A DNA stretch of 64,000 nucleotides from Octopus bimaculoides. Lineage: Eukaryota. The stretch covers positions 82,433,315-82,497,314 of the forward strand of contig NC_068981.1 of NCBI RefSeq assembly GCF_001194135.2, read 5' to 3'. This document shows, in pieces, positions 40,080 through 54,975 of the stretch. A model generated the notes under the pieces. That model was given only the letters and a program-made list of their open reading frames with translations. It was not told where the DNA came from and ran no database searches. How positions within the stretch are numbered: position 1 is the first letter of the stretch; each line of letters starts with the position of its first letter. The position numbers and the translations under genes were made by a program.

Positions 40080-40976
40080 AACAGGTGGTGTCAAAAAGTT
40101 CCCGGACTAGTTCTGTAGTGCATCAACAGATGGCAGCACACAGCTACGTGCGCAGAGCTAGAAGTGACCTTCATGAGGCAGTGTGCCGTGTGATATCGCT
40201 GTGTTGATTTCGCAAGTTGTGAAATTTGTGATTTTGTGATTACGTGTATGCTGTAGTATGCGATTTTGTCATGTGAATTTTTGCTTTAAACCTAGGAAGT
40301 CTGCTACAGGGACTTCTAGCATGCTTCGGCAAGATTACGGCGACGAGGCAATGGGGCGTACGCAATGCTTCAAGTGGCGCGGGCGCTTCAAAATCAGAAG
40401 AACGTCCCTGGAGACCTGAACCTGACGTGAGCGTCAGCCCCGGAAATGTGATATTGTTCATCAAAAATGTCAGCCCCGGAAATATGATATTATGCATCAA
40501 AAATTCGTCGCCTAGGGCCAGACAGTCAACCGAGAATCATACTATGACGTTTTGAATCATTTGAGGGAGAACATTTAGCGAAAGGGACCGGATTTGTGGT
40601 ACCGGAAGAATTGGATTCGTCGTTGAGCTCTCCTCACGCGTGAATTTCTCGCCAAAAGAAACATGGTATCACCTCTGCAGCTGCCCTGTTCGCCAGATTT
40701 ATCACCTGTAGAGTTCCATCTCTTCCCCAAGATGAAAATGCAGCTCAAAGTCCCCGTTTTAACACCGTTGTCAAGATCCAGAGCGAATCGCAGAAGGTTA
40801 TGACTTGCTTACGGAAAATGACTTCGAGGCCGAATTACAAAAGTGTCAGGAACGTTGGGACGGGTTTCTTGCTACGCAAGATGTCTATTTCAAAAGGGAT
40901 GATGTTAAACTTAGGTAAATAAGTAATTTTTTTATTAAACATTATTAATCCTGGAACTTTTTGATACCACCTCATA
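40080..40976 (+). mobile_element. Internally deleted mariner-family transposon with both TIRs
   Basis: TIRs aggtggtgtcaaaaagttcccggacta (~40083) and reverse-complemented aggtggtatcaaaaagttccaggatta (~40946-40972), TA at the right end; relic motifs YGDEAMGRTQCFKW, GQTVN, SPDLSPVEFHLFPKMK, ERWD. Confidence 0.85.
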
Positions 40977-41614
40977 TATGAATATATATTTATATACACC
41001 TGTATGTGTGTGCGTTTGTGTGTGTATAGATGAGTGTATGTACATACACAGACACAAACACACACACACATCTATGTGTGTATGCATATATATATACATA
41101 TATATANNNNNNNNNNNNNNNNNNNNNNNNNNNNNNNNNNNNNNNNNNNNNNNNNNNNNNNNNNNNNNNNNNNNNNNNNNNNNNNNNNNNNNNNNNNNNN
41201 NNNNNNNNNNNNNNNNGCATAGATACACATCCATGTATAGATGATTATCAACGTATATAAATCAAGCATTAAAATATATATTCATATTTGATATGAGAGA
41301 AAAGAGGCAAGCAAACAAAAACAAATGACATGATCTAAGCTAATTCAAAAAGCATGAGTCTTACATCATAAAACCTTATGTTCTTTATTCTCATAAATGT
41401 ATATCTATATTTAGTTATTTTATTGTTATTATGCTTGAGTAGTCTAACTTGATGTAACAAGCTGTCGAAACTTCTCCAAGGTCTTGTAGAATCGTCCAAC
41501 ACGGACTTTTATTAGAATTCCAGATTAAATAACATAGAAGATAAAATATTTATTTTACAGAGTATGAGAACCACCGCATTACTAATACTGATGTTAATAC
41601 TAATAACAAAACAG

Positions 41615-41620
41615 ATGATG

Positions 41621-41687
<67 letters not shown>

Positions 41688-41704
41688 TAATAATAATAAT
41701 AATG

Positions 41705-41757
<53 letters not shown>

Positions 41758-41771
41758 CATAATAATAATAA
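41615..41771. repeat. (ATA)n microsatellite
   Basis: Directly visible, runs into an N-gap. Confidence 0.95.
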
Positions 41772-42727
41772 NNNNNNNNNNNNNNNNNNNNNNNNNNNNN
41801 NNNNNNNNNNNNNNNNNNNNNNNNNNNNNNNNNNNNNNNNNNNNNNNNNNNNNNNNNNNNNNNNNNNNNNNNNNNNNNNNNNNNNNNNNNNNNNNNNNNN
41901 NNNNNNNNNNNNNNNNNNNNNNNNNNNNNNNNNNNNNNNNNNNNNNNNNNNNNNNNNNNNNNNNNNNNNNNNNNNNNNNNNNNNNNNNNNNNNNNNNNNN
42001 NNNNNNNNNNNNNNNNNNNNNNNNNNNNNNNNNNNNNNNNNNNNNNNNNNNNNNNNNNNNNNNNNNNNNNNNNNNNNNNNNNNNNNNNNNNNNNNNNNNN
42101 NNNNNNNNNNNNNNNNNNNNNNNNNNNNNNNNNNNNNNNNNNNNNNATATATATATCCATGTTGTTGTATGTATATATTTAAATATATATCTACTTCAGG
42201 GCTGTAAAAACAGTTGCAGTGGTGAATCTTAGATTATTTTCCTTATCATTTTCATTTAAAGTCTTATCATGGCGTTTATAAATGGATAAATAAAGGTTTA
42301 TAATGATTTAGATAGAGATTTTCTACATCAATTCCAAACACATCTATGCTCAGTTTTAGAAAGACTGATATGGGTGTGAAATGTTGTCTAGATTATAAGT
42401 GGTACTACGAAGAAACGAAGAAACGGAGCTAAGAATTTAGGATAATTTCAACTGCTGTGAAAACTATGGTCTCTGGATCAAAATAACATAAACGTATGTA
42501 ATAGATTAAGCAGTAGATCTTTAAGCTGAATACATAATAATAAAATTAAAATAGTTATAACTATTCCTATTCTAATTTTAAGCCCCCGCTTCTCCTCTGG
42601 TTTCAGACCTAAGTTACTATCTAATAGGAATTTTAATCCAATATCTACATATTACTTACACCTTCTTAAAATGAAAAAAAAAAAAGGAATTATTTCAAGC
42701 CCTATCGATATTTTATAAAATTTTTAT

Positions 42728-43128
42728 AGTGGCTGTGTGGTAAGAAGCTTGCTTCCAAGCCACATAGTTCCGAGTTCAGTCACTCTGCATAGTACCTTGG
42801 GCAGGGTGTCTTCTCTATAGCCTCGGGCTTACCGAAGCGTTGTGAGTAGATTTGGTTGGAGGAAACTGAAGGAAACTCGTCGTATATAAATATGTGTGTG
42901 TATATGTGTCGTGTTTCTTTGTGTCGTTGTTCATCCCTCATCACCTCTTGACAACAGGTGTTGGTGTGTTTGCGTCCCTGTAACTTAGCAGTTCCGCAAC
43001 AGAGACATATAGAATAAATACTAAGCTTAAAAAGAATAAGTCTTGGGGTCTATTTCTTCAACTAAAACCATTGAAGGCGGTGCTCTAGTATCACCGCAGC
43101 GAAATGACTGAAACAAGTAAAACAAGTG
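42728..43128 (+). mobile_element. SINE family A, full length
   Basis: A box tggctgtgtgg, B-box-like gagttcagtc, intact ggaaactgaagga...cgtcgtatat junction, tail gactgaaacaagtaaaa. Confidence 0.9.
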
Positions 43129-43171
43129 CAAAAGAATATGTGTGCATGTGTGTATCTCTGTATGTGTGTGT

Positions 43172-43213
<42 letters not shown>

Positions 43214-43285
43214 NNNNNNNNNNNNNNNNNNNNNNNNNNNNNNNNNNCATATATAACATCAGAACTGGCTGGGTATCTCAACATT

Positions 43286-43502
43286 CTTTTCTACTCAAGG
43301 TATAAGGCACGAAATTTTGGGGGAAGGGGGCCAATCAATTACATCGACCCCAGTACGCAACTGCTACTTAATTTATCGACCCCCAAAAAGGATGAAAGGC
43401 AAAATCGACCTCGGCGGAATTTGAACTTAGAACGTAAAGACAGACGAAATACCATTAAGTAGTTCGCCCGGCGTGCTAACGATTCTGCCAGCTCGCCGTC
43501 TT
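43286..43502 (-). mobile_element. SINE family B, full length with 17-bp TSD
   Basis: Direct repeat ctgggtatctcaacatt at 43269-43285 and 43503-43519. Confidence 0.92.
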
Positions 43503-44769
43503 CTGGGTATCTCAACATTGAATTCACAGTGAGGTAAAGGAACCATGAGGTGCCATGTGTTGATAGTATACCTACAGGTATGTAGATATTTAGATACCAC
43601 AAAGCAAGATGCAGTTGTTGAAACTCTCGTATTTCGTTGTTGTTGAGAGTTTGAGAAATAAAATGTTCCCGCATAGGATGCTAGTTTACTGGCGATTGTA
43701 AGCTTTATGTTTCTCTTTGTTTTCCTACAAAGTAATTAAAATCAGCAGTGGCTAACCTCGGATACATCTTCGCACTAGGGGAACGGTAAACGAATAGGGG
43801 ATGGGTAAACCATCAGACCGCTCTGGGTGTATAGCCAGGTCTATCTTCAGAAGGATACAATCCTTCAAAAAATAGGCCTCTGCACCTGAAATATGAAGGT
43901 TTTTAAACAACTTTGTGCATTGTTAGAAGCTTTCCTCATTTGTTATTTCATTAATTATTTTACTTCTGTATTACAACTGTTTAAGCGAACTACCAGGTTT
44001 TTATTCAATAAAAATAAATTGCATTGATCATACCGTGATATATTTAACTGGCTTATCTATTATCACGTTTCTTTACGATAGTAAGCTGTAACTTAAGAAT
44101 AAACTCGCTGTTATTTTTTTTTTCTGAATGTTCGTGTGTATGTGCTACTTGCCTAGTATATTTTGATACGGCAGAAATCAAAAGTTCCACACAAGCCTTA
44201 CAAAAATATTCTTATTGGGCAGAGCATGATGTCAGAAACAGTAGATATTGAAGAACATCAAGCTAGATGATTAAATAATCAATGATGAAGTTTCCATGTA
44301 TACAATTAAATTGCATTAATGTGTGTGTTGGTTCGTGTCTAGTAAATTTGTTGGATGAGACAGTTAAGTGATTTGAAAATTTTACTCACACTTGAAGAAC
44401 CTAAAGCTAAATGATATAAGAACTATGTTATTGATTCATTATGAATGTATACGACTGTGAATATATGTGTGTACGTGTGTGTGTGCGTGCGTATGTGTGT
44501 GCGTGACCGAGAAAAATTCAGGTGTCTCAAACAGAAATAAAGTGATACGATATTAATGCATAGATATAAAAAATTCAATTAAAAGTAAGGGGGATATATG
44601 ATGAGTATGATGGAAATAAACTACCGTTTTCTAGTAGGGACAAATGTCAAAATATGTCTCACTTAGAGTACCGACAAGTTTACTTGAATGTTAACTACAT
44701 GTAATCTAGTGACAAAAAAAAAAAAAACTTTTTCAAGTACTTGCACGACAAAATATAAAAAACTTCAGC

Positions 44770-45280
44770 TGTAAAATATTGTCGACTATACTAAGTCAAA
44801 GCGTTGGACAATAGCCAAGGCATTCATTCTCATTTGTGTGATAATGTTGTCTACATATATTTTTCTAAGTTGCTTGACGCCGTCGCTGTAGCTCTCGGGA
44901 ACAGTGAGATGGAAATTAAAATTACAACATATAAAGAGAATCATATTGAAACTAATGGATCTAAACTATAAATAAACAAAGAAATTGAGACACGACGATC
45001 CTGATATTATTGTTTGTGAGAACAAAATATATAACCTGTTCTGTTGTAGAAGTCGTCTACATATTTGACGTTAATATGATTAAAATATTCAGAAAAAGGA
45101 AGATATCTATAGATAGTTGATGAGAAGTTTGCAAGTTCGGTGTCAGGACTACATTTGCATGTTTACCGATATTATTACATGTACCAAACCTACTGAATCA
45201 AATTACTGCTAAAACCTGGGCTCTTGAGGAAATAATTCATGTTGTGCCTATCAAGTTATATGCGATGGTAAAAATGTGCA
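44770..45280 (+). mobile_element. Non-LTR retrotransposon C-terminal relic (restriction-like endonuclease, R2/R4 type)
   Basis: CDNVVYI (RHD.V-like), then DPDIIVCENK, VVEVVYIFDVN and L..SLQ, in the order expected for a PD..E RLE domain; frameshifted. Confidence 0.45.
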
Positions 45281-45596
45281 ATACCTTGATGAAAAATTAA
45301 ATGGTTGAATGGTTGGCTTGCTTAAAGTATGAAGAAAACAGCAAGACCAAACTGCGTTTTTTTTTATTATTTAATGTCGATTCTTTATAACATTGACACC
45401 GACTACGCAATCGACCAAAATATACTCTTAGAAGAGAAAACATACGCATGCATATATACGTGTGCGCATGTGTGCATTTGGACCACACACGTGCATGTAT
45501 TCAACCGCATATATGTGTGTGAGTGAATGTGTGCGTGTATATGTGTGTGTGGGTGTGGATGGGTGTAATGTATATATATTTATATATATATATATT

Positions 45597-45627
<31 letters not shown>

Positions 45628-48175
45628 GTATGTGTGTGTGTTAGTGTGTGTGCATATGTGTGTATTAGTTTACAGTTTGGTAGAAAATGATAGGCATTTT
45701 GAGAGTATGAAGTATCAACTTGAAGTTGTGAGAAAGTTATATGAAGACAGATTTGTTTGTTTGTTTGTGTGTGTGTGTGAGAAAGAGAGAGAGGGGTGGG
45801 AAGAAAGAAAGAGAATGTGAGAGAGTGATCTAGAAAAGATGGATTATTGTTGGCTTAAGGTAATTGAATCATAGCATGGCTGGTTCTGTGTTATGGAAAG
45901 ATATCACACAGTTTCTAACCAAACTGACAGTGGTAATGGTATGTCTGAAGTTGATAAATATGACATCAATATGAACTTTGTATTGATGACTAACAACGGC
46001 CATCATAATTTCTTTCTCACCTTTCTATTTCTCAATTTTCTTTACTTCTACTTCTGTTGACGTATCTTTTTTTCTTCTTTCTCCTTCGCTTGTTTCACTT
46101 TGATTTACTTATCATTCGGCCTCATTTTAATCACTTTCTAGTGTCTTAACATTTTCTCTAGTAAACGCTTTCAAGATTCACTTCTTCCATTATTCTTCTG
46201 GTCGTTCTTTTAAGTTTTTGTTATATTTAGCTGCCAATTACTCTCTTTCATCCGTCTCAGAATCAATGTCTCACTGTACATTTTATCTCCGTCAAGTGAT
46301 TCTATTTCCCCTAACAATTCAAAGACACCAGACTGTCTGAGCAATAGTAATAATCACTCTTGTTTTATTTATTCATTTATTGTTAGTGCCGATGTATCTG
46401 CTTTAAGTTGTCAATAGAAACGTATTTTTAAATGTTTTCACAGTATAAGTTTCAAGAATGCGAACTCGTGGGGTTGATTTTTAAGGTTTTACATGCACTT
46501 CACAAAAGTTCAAAAAACGCTTTGGTCGACTTCGAATATATGGTTAGTATCTGACATGATCCAACGGATGAAGTCTTAATATGATCGTTCGCTAATAACA
46601 ACCACATCTTACTCAGACTGCTGTGTACCACATTTATCAGGTATTCCCGGAAAGATAAGAAGAGTAGATGTTCAAACCTGGAATATATTTAATCATTAGT
46701 CTGCCCGCTTAGTGTTGAATCATGTCCAAACTGCTACATTCACAATACTTATAAATGACAGAAAACAATGCTGAATAATGTACAAACATCTTTAGAGCAC
46801 TTTAGAAATAACATTTGGCTAAGGCACAGAAACTACAACGGTAGTATATATCAATGACAGCAGTTCCGTTTCTGACCAAATCCATCACAGCAAATCATAA
46901 CTACAACTCATCCTCAAAATAATATAGTTTTACATCATCGCAAGACGCCTACAACATATACAATGAAACCAAAACGTTGTCAACTTGGACATGGAAGGAG
47001 AACAGCTTGTTTGTTATCTCTGTACACTCGGCTGAACACAGTTCCAACGAGTAGATGTTCAAACACTGTCATCTACCAAAAAAGTAGTTCAGCATAATAA
47101 AACACTATACCTTTCATAAACTGACAACTGAGCCTCAACATTGGCGCTCGACCAACTATAAATAACAGGCAAATTTCCTTGAACTACATCCTACTGTCTA
47201 AATAAAAGTCACACTGAATAATTTCTGGGATTCACATTGCCCGAAAAGATATGAATTTTCTACGGCTAAAATGTTCTTGGTCATAATCCCGCTCGGATAG
47301 AGCTAAGTTGGGGCTGAGCAACAATAAAACAACAGTAGCAGCAACAACAACAAAAAGAAAGCGTTTAATTTAGTCCAGATTAAGACACAGTTTTTACAAC
47401 ACGATCAATAAGGGGGTACACTATTCGTATGCACCAGTTCACTAGAAATAAATGAGCAAGAACAATAACTGTCATTCGCAAACCTAGTTCATAATGTCTT
47501 CTAGCACAATAGCCATAAGCAGAAACTATCAGTTCTTACCTCGGAACAAATATAAAGATTTATAAATGAGCAAATCAGTATGTTTTTATATGCGAACTTA
47601 CCAGAGACACGAGTAAAGGAAATGGTTTCTTCCAGAATTCAATGTAATTTTCTAGTCATCAGTACAGTTTACCAAAAATAGACAGTCATAATGAAAAAGA
47701 ATAAAACTGATAGTGGTGCAGTTGAAGGGATACCATATCTGAGCAGGTCAAAAATGACTCTATTGACACACATAATAACATGCAAGTTCTATGAAAATCT
47801 CCCTTAATTCAAACGTATATGTGCAGAGACACGCACCAGACTACTCTCATAACAGTCTGTACAATTGTGCTAGTGGTAGTGGCGCTTGAAATAACTCATG
47901 TCAATTTAAGTAACATTTAACTCTTATGATGCCGCGTACTCATGCATCACCATGAGAAAGGAGAAGGTTTGGTATCACTTGTGCTCTATGATATTCATGA
48001 GTCCCCTTCCACTTCAACTCACCGTATGAATTATCACGTAACTCTAATTATCTAATCTCAGATAATTGATAACAAGATGCTGATGAAGAGAACTATCTAA
48101 ATGGTCCATCACTTTAGAAATTAGCTGCAATTAGGATTCAAACGGAGAGGCGGAAAAAGAGAGTGCGAGAGCGAG

Positions 48176-48178
<3 letters not shown>

Positions 48179-48245
<67 letters not shown>

Positions 48246-48259
48246 GGAGAGAAAAGAGA

Positions 48260-48331
<72 letters not shown>

Positions 48332-48340
48332 AAGAGGAAG
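48179..48340. repeat. (GA)n compound microsatellite
   Basis: Directly visible. Confidence 0.95.
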
Positions 48341-51300
48341 AGAAAGAGCAGTGGTAAAACTTATAGAAAAGAAAGGTAAAGAGACAGAGATAAAACTAAT
48401 TATGTCTTTATATACGAAAACAAGATATAAACTAGATATACACACTGACAGGCAAACAGACTGAAGAACAGGGAGATAAATGAAGAAGCAGATAGATAGA
48501 TAAGGAAATAAGTAGACAGATTCATAGGCAAAGATAATAGTAGAAAAAGACAGACGAAAATATAAGTAGCCAAAGAAAAAGAAAGAGAAAGAGAAATAAC
48601 GTGTGAAAGATATGTTGCGAACGTGTGTTAGTTGCTCGATAGGGGAATATTATTAAGGAATATAATAGATATACAAACGGACAACAAAATGGCCAACGTG
48701 AAAGTTGGTGCGAAAAGTGGGAGGAGAGCGAGGAAAAATACAAAAAGAAAAAGTGTGATGATGAGAGGGATGTGGTGATGAGAAAAATTAAGACAATGAC
48801 TAGCATGAAATTACAGTGTGAAAAAAGAAAACCTGAAAAAAAAGAAGAAAATGGTGATTGTGACGGTATAAACTCCGATGAAGATGACAAAGAAGTAGAA
48901 AAATAAAAGTAGAGAATGAGAAATCAGGAAAAAAAGAAGGTAGAGAAATAAGCGGATGAAATGGCATGAGGCTGACGAGAACGATAAAGGTGATGATGAT
49001 TCACAGAGGCAAAAAACAGCTCACTTAGAATCGTAAATAAAATAAAAAAAGAAAAGATAACAGCATTTTATAGGAAGGGGTTGATTAAAGAAAACGAAAA
49101 TCAAAAACAAAAAATTCAGGTATATAATTCATATAAAAGCGAACAAATAATAGATTATATAGTTATGAAGCCAGGTAAAGAAATAAATAAGATGCAACCT
49201 TTTTTTTTTACACATTGAATCTATCTAGATTTAAACTAAGAACATTCAATCAAATCTACAGCGTGTTTCGTACATTGAAATCGTTACAGAGTTGAAATAT
49301 ATGTGGAAGGTATATGTCAAGAAAAGCAGCTCAGAATATTTGGTTGAAGCAATAAACCGTAGATGCAAATGGCAACCACACCATCTGGGACAACAATCTT
49401 TGCTTCCAATTGCAATGTATCTATCTTAGATGTCTGGAGACAAATACTTTGTAATAAGTAGCCGGGAATCCAACTGATTTAGATTCCTTATTCAGAAAAC
49501 AGCTGCTCGCGACAGCATGTACCCATCGCTTATAAAGATGTCCATTGTCTTTGGAAAAAATTGCAACTGATTCATCGCTAGACTGATTTTTTTTTTAAAG
49601 AAGTCATTAAAAATTTAATTTTATGTTGTATTATCTATGGCGTTGTCTAACTCTGATCACAACCTGCTGTATTTGATCTAACTCATGAAATTCAGCGAGA
49701 AATAATAACACAAAGGAGAGAGAGTCAAATTTCACTCAAGCAAGTTTAAAAAGAAGGGACACACGTTCGATAACGTATTCGTAGTTACAATATGTGTGAA
49801 AAAAGACGGATTGGTCAAAATTATTACATATTCGATCTTAGGTGTGATCAATCAGTGAACGTATTGAACGAAACAAATACTACATATCCAAGGCGGACAT
49901 GTCATTAAAATACTATTTCAGTTCTAGAGAGATGTAACCATTAGTTGGAGTAGATCTTCAAATTAACAAATGAAAAATAACATGAAAAGAAAATTGCACA
50001 GAGGAAAAACAAATTTGTCATTCTATTGTCAGTGTTATTTTCAGAAAATTTACTACTTAGAATTTCAGACAGAATAACGTTTTCTGAAGAGAGATTCTAC
50101 GAAATACAAATATTGGCTTTAAATACACTAGTTAGGATTTGTGCCACAGGAAAGCCAGTTAGCAAAATTTTTCTATCGAAAATTGCATTACGAAAGACGG
50201 CGGATGGGCCATTTGACACCCCCTATCCCACTTGCCACAAATTTGTCTCATTTGCTTGGCAGATAATATATCAAAGTTTTACGATTTTCCCTTTTTCTCT
50301 TATTTGTCTTTGTATATCTCCTTCCTTTTCACAGTATATTTCTTCCTCAGTAATTTTGTTTCTTCTTACACTCTGTGATCAATACACACACACGCACCCG
50401 AGCACGCACACANNNNNNNNNNNNNNNNNNNNNNNNNNNNNNNNNNNNNNNNNNNNNNNNNNNNNNNNNNNNNNNNNNNNNNNNNNNNNNNNNNNNNNNN
50501 NNNNNNNNNNNNCGCACTCACACACATGCTCACATGTATCTTGATATTTTTTCGTGTTCTGCATCCTTGCTATTGTCGCTGTTGTCACTGTCATATGTGT
50601 TTTTGTATCCGTAAATTTCTGAAATTTGTTGTCGTCGTCGCCGCTGATAAAGATGATGTTGACCATCGTTTATTCTTTATAGTTTTAATGCTTTTTGTTT
50701 TTTTACTCCAGTTACTTTCTTTGTCCTTCCAGTTGTTTCTATTTTTATTTAAAATCATTCCATGTAATGTTTTTCATTGTTGTTTTCTGTTAATATTTTC
50801 TGCATGTTTGGTCGGTATTATCACTGCAATTAGCCTTATTGATGTTCTTAGTGTCGATCTTGTTTCTGTTGCAGATGTTACTTTTGCTATTGTTTTTGTT
50901 ACTGTTATTGTTGTTGTCGTTCCTGCTGGTCATTGATATTGTTAATGTCATTGTTGCTGCTGTTGCTTTGGCGGTTGCACATGTGTAGACGACTGAAAGG
51001 TCGACAAGCTGGACAGATTGGAAAGGACGCCAGCAGTTGTTGACGGCGGCCATAAATATGACCCAAAAAACAAAATACGGTAGCTGAAACGAGACGAGAT
51101 TTGTAAAAGTGACGCTAGCTCTGCTACAACGTGTTGTCGGCCATGTCCAAAGACAAAGACTTTATGGTGTTTGATGGATGGCTGTGAACAAGGGCTATCA
51201 CTCTGGTGAAGACGATTTGACATCTACTACATTAGTAAGGACGATGAGAAACACTATGATAGGAGAGAGACAAATAACAACAGTGTAGCAAATACTAACA

Positions 51301-51754
51301 ACAACACGAATTTCAGTGGTGAAGAGAATGAAATATATTGGCTTCTCCTGATAAAGATACACAGGGCATGTTTGGCGTTGATCAAGCTATTGACACCCAT
51401 AGCTTATTACTTATATCAATGTATTTGATGTATTGGATGTTTCGGGGATACTTAGTGCCAAATATCATAAGCCACTTAACTAGGAACCATAAGCAAAGGA
51501 AGTTGGTATACGGTGGTTTGAATAAATTATAAACGCTTTAGTATAATTATGTATTGAAATCAGTTTGCCAATCAAACACCATGATGCATACACACACACA
51601 CACGGGCACGCACTCGCATCCGCACCGGAGCACACAGACGTACGCATATATATGATGGGCGAATGAGAAAGGAGTGCTCAGAACATGGAGAGGATATATA
51701 TATTTTTTTTATTAAAGATGACTTTGTTTCGGAATTCGAGTTTCATGCCACGGT

Positions 51755-51896
<142 letters not shown>

Positions 51897-53169
51897 ATTA
51901 CTGTAACGGATTTATCACTCTATTGCCCTAATAAACAGAATATCAAGTGTTCTTACATATCGTTAGCCACAGAGCGCTTCTTCAACACTTTTCTCGAATT
52001 ACGTTGTTTCGGATATGCTCCTGCAGTGATATTCCTAGCATGGATGTTTCCATGGCTTTCAGTATCGTTGTCAAATGTTATTTTTCTTCTTCGTAGTAGT
52101 TCATGTCTGACTTGCGTAGAAGAGCGCTCATAGGCTAGTCTTGTTAAAGAGTTTGGCAAGCTGAGTTTTGTCCAGCTCTTTGAGCAAATCTTTAATCGAG
52201 AAAAATGTCTTCATCCTGCTCTCAGTGAGCGCGAGATTTCAGTATCAATGCCTCTGAATTCATTTACTCTTCATCCTAAATGAATGTATTCTTTCATATC
52301 CTCAAATTCATCGATTTCCACTAGTATTCAAACTTGTTCTCCGCCTTCGGACCCCATCTAATTTTTTTTTCATTCAGTTGATCTTACTGATGAACCCTTT
52401 GTGTTCAGCTTTGTATGTTCTGCAGCCCGTTTAAGGTTTCTACGATAAATACGATGTCGCCTGCGAACTGGAGGTGTATCGGTAGCTCTCCGTTTATGTT
52501 GATGACACTTTCCAATCAATGCCTCTATTTCAAGGCATGAATTGATTGAAAAGCTTCAGAGATATGGTATGATCTTTTTCTTTCCACTTCCTCATCAAAC
52601 TCTTATGGATTGTGAAAAAGAAGTACAACAGTTGTACATCCTCAGTTCGTTTCCCTCAGTTTGATGTATTGTGCCTCGATTCCTCGCGTCTCCAGAGACT
52701 TCAACACGGCATTGATTTCGATGCTGAGGAAGGCGTTTTCCTATTTAAGGTGATGCAAAGAGACAGATCATACTCTTCAAACAACAGTTCTCGAAGTCTC
52801 TTACAAGATGTCGTAACTTCTTGCAGAGAATGAACAGTTCAAGGTGATCTTCCATGTCCCTTTGCCTAGCCCTCTGTTTCGTTTAAAATTACCTTTCTTT
52901 TATCCGAGAACCTTCTGTACGGCTCCTGTTTCTTTACAGTTTTCATTTTCCATACGTAGCTGTTCATTTTCTAGACCAGTGAGCCATAATTTTCATCAAT
53001 TCTCCAAGTTGATTCCATGTTTACTTTCAGATATCTTGAAACTGTGTCAGATCGAACAACTTGATGCAGTGGTTCGTCACCAAGATGTGCGATGAATTCT
53101 TTCTTCTAATCTAATTACTGACGGTCATTGGCGGTTGCAAGTGATGATCACTGCCAATAATGACTGGTG

Positions 53170-53207
53170 CTGATCTAAGGCTGTGACTATGCTGGGGCAC
53201 CGCCAGT
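53170..53207 (-). mobile_element. Short SINE family A-like tail fragment inside the RTE
   Basis: Reverse complement ggcggtgccccagcatagtcacagcc resembles the family A 3' end; it coincides with a deletion in the RTE endonuclease. Confidence 0.5.
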
Positions 53208-53511
53208 GTTATTCTGCATAAAGTCCTCCCCTTTCATTTTCTCTTCCAATCTGAAGTTTCCCATATGTTTCTCCATTTGTCACGCTTTCCAACCTTTTTC
53301 GTTAGAAATCTCACGTCATAAAGGCGCACGTTGATTTGTGAGCTAGCTCTTCATGACTTGAAAAAAAAAATCGTTCCACTTCATTGTCCATATTGTTACG
53401 TGTGGAAGCATAGGTTTTGATGATCTTAAGCATGGTAATTCCTTAGAGACAATCAATTACCAATCTGTTTTATGATGAACACATGTTGCAGGATACGATT
53501 TCGGATACCTA

Positions 53512-54975
53512 CACTGAACCGCAAAAGAAACACGGTTATTTCAAATGTCATTTCTATATGGTAAATTCTGAAAATTTATTTCGGAGATGTAAGTGTGAAT
53601 ATTCCAAGACATGCTGGTTTATGGCTGAGAACCAAATTGCAGGTAACCTTTCAACTTACCCTGAAACGAGACGTTAAAATGCAGCTGCGTTGAATGACGT
53701 GGGTGGCAGTCGCAAACAATTGTCATGAAAACCGAAATGCACGTGCATTTCGTGGAGGTTATGGGTATGCAAATCAACTTGAACCGCGTTCCTTGCATTC
53801 GTAATTTGGATGCATCAGGTGTAACCCAATTGTCAGCAACGCAGAGAGAACAAGCTATCGGCGATTGCAAGCAGGGTAGCGTGCTATGATTGTTTCGAAA
53901 GCTTACAATGCCCATGTTAGCACCATCTATCGCCTGCAACAGCGATACACACCAGAAGCACTGCAGACTGTGTCCGCAGAGGGCTCCCCGGGTGACCACG
54001 CCCAGGCAGGATTGCTTCATCCACCTGCAACACTTCCGTGATCGCTTCAGACCAACTAGCGTGACAGCTCGTGAGACCATTGGCACTGGACGGCGACCCA
54101 TCACCGACGACACGGTGTAACGTCAACTGGCCGCCAACAACCTGCGTTGCGGCCGTTCTCACCGCCCGCCACCGTCAAGCACGACTACAGTGTGCTACAC
54201 AGCACCGATATTGGCGGCATCAACAATGGAAGTCGATAGTCTTCTCTGACGAGAGTCGGTACTGCTTAGGAGGGGTGAACGCTACAGAGACGTATGTATC
54301 ATGGAGAGAGACACGTGGGGTGGGCAAAGCATCATGGTTTGGGGTGCTATAGGCCTGAATCAGAGAATTGGGCCCCATGTGTTCCAAAATGCTGGTGCAG
54401 GCAGAGGGAATGGCATCACAGTGCAGTGCTATGTTGATCAGATCATAAGACCTCACATCGAACCCTTCGTCACCATAGCCATATGTTCCAGCAGGTCAAT
54501 GCTCCTTCCCACATGGCCAGGGTCACCATGGACTTCCTGCGTCAGTACAACACCAGAACCATCCCGTGGCCGTCTCTCAGCCCGGATTTGAACCCAATTG
54601 AACACTTGTGGGATGAAATCTACAGACGGCTGAACCAGATGGTCCCAAGGCTGACACCTCGTGTGGAATTGGAGGCAGCTTCCCTCAGGGAGTGGGCACA
54701 GGTACCAATGGCTTTTATGAACCGCCTCATGCACTCCACGTACCGACGATTTGTCACCGTTTTGAAAATCCAGAGAGGGCATACAATGTCACGCCCTACA
54801 ATCTCGATGTGCTGGATCCACCCACTACCAGTATACATGACAACGACCCATAGACTGTGGTCAAAGTGCATCCAAGAAATTGTCTTTATCAGATTTATTA
54901 AAATTTATCTGACATAATGAAATTAAAACACATTTCACAGTCAAACACGTCTCGCGTTTCTTTTGCTGTTCAGTG
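53512..54975 (+). mobile_element. Full-length Tc1 (DD34E) transposon, transposase inactivated
   Basis: TIR cactgaac(c/a)gcaaaagaaac at both ends, TA at 53510-53511 and 54976-54977; PRVTTPRQD, IVFSDES (GAC 54248), FQQVNA (D->V, GTC 54495) and SPDLNPIEHLW (GAA 54600) give 34-residue spacing; several frameshifts. Confidence 0.95.

Noticed and set aside
46700-47350. Sequence reminiscent of a common cephalopod interspersed repeat with a (CAA)n-like end
   Set aside because: Only one copy in the window and no motif I can verify; resemblance is from memory only.
50950-51330. Relatively GC-rich unique stretch with short open frames
   Set aside because: No frame with both good splice sites and a recognisable domain.
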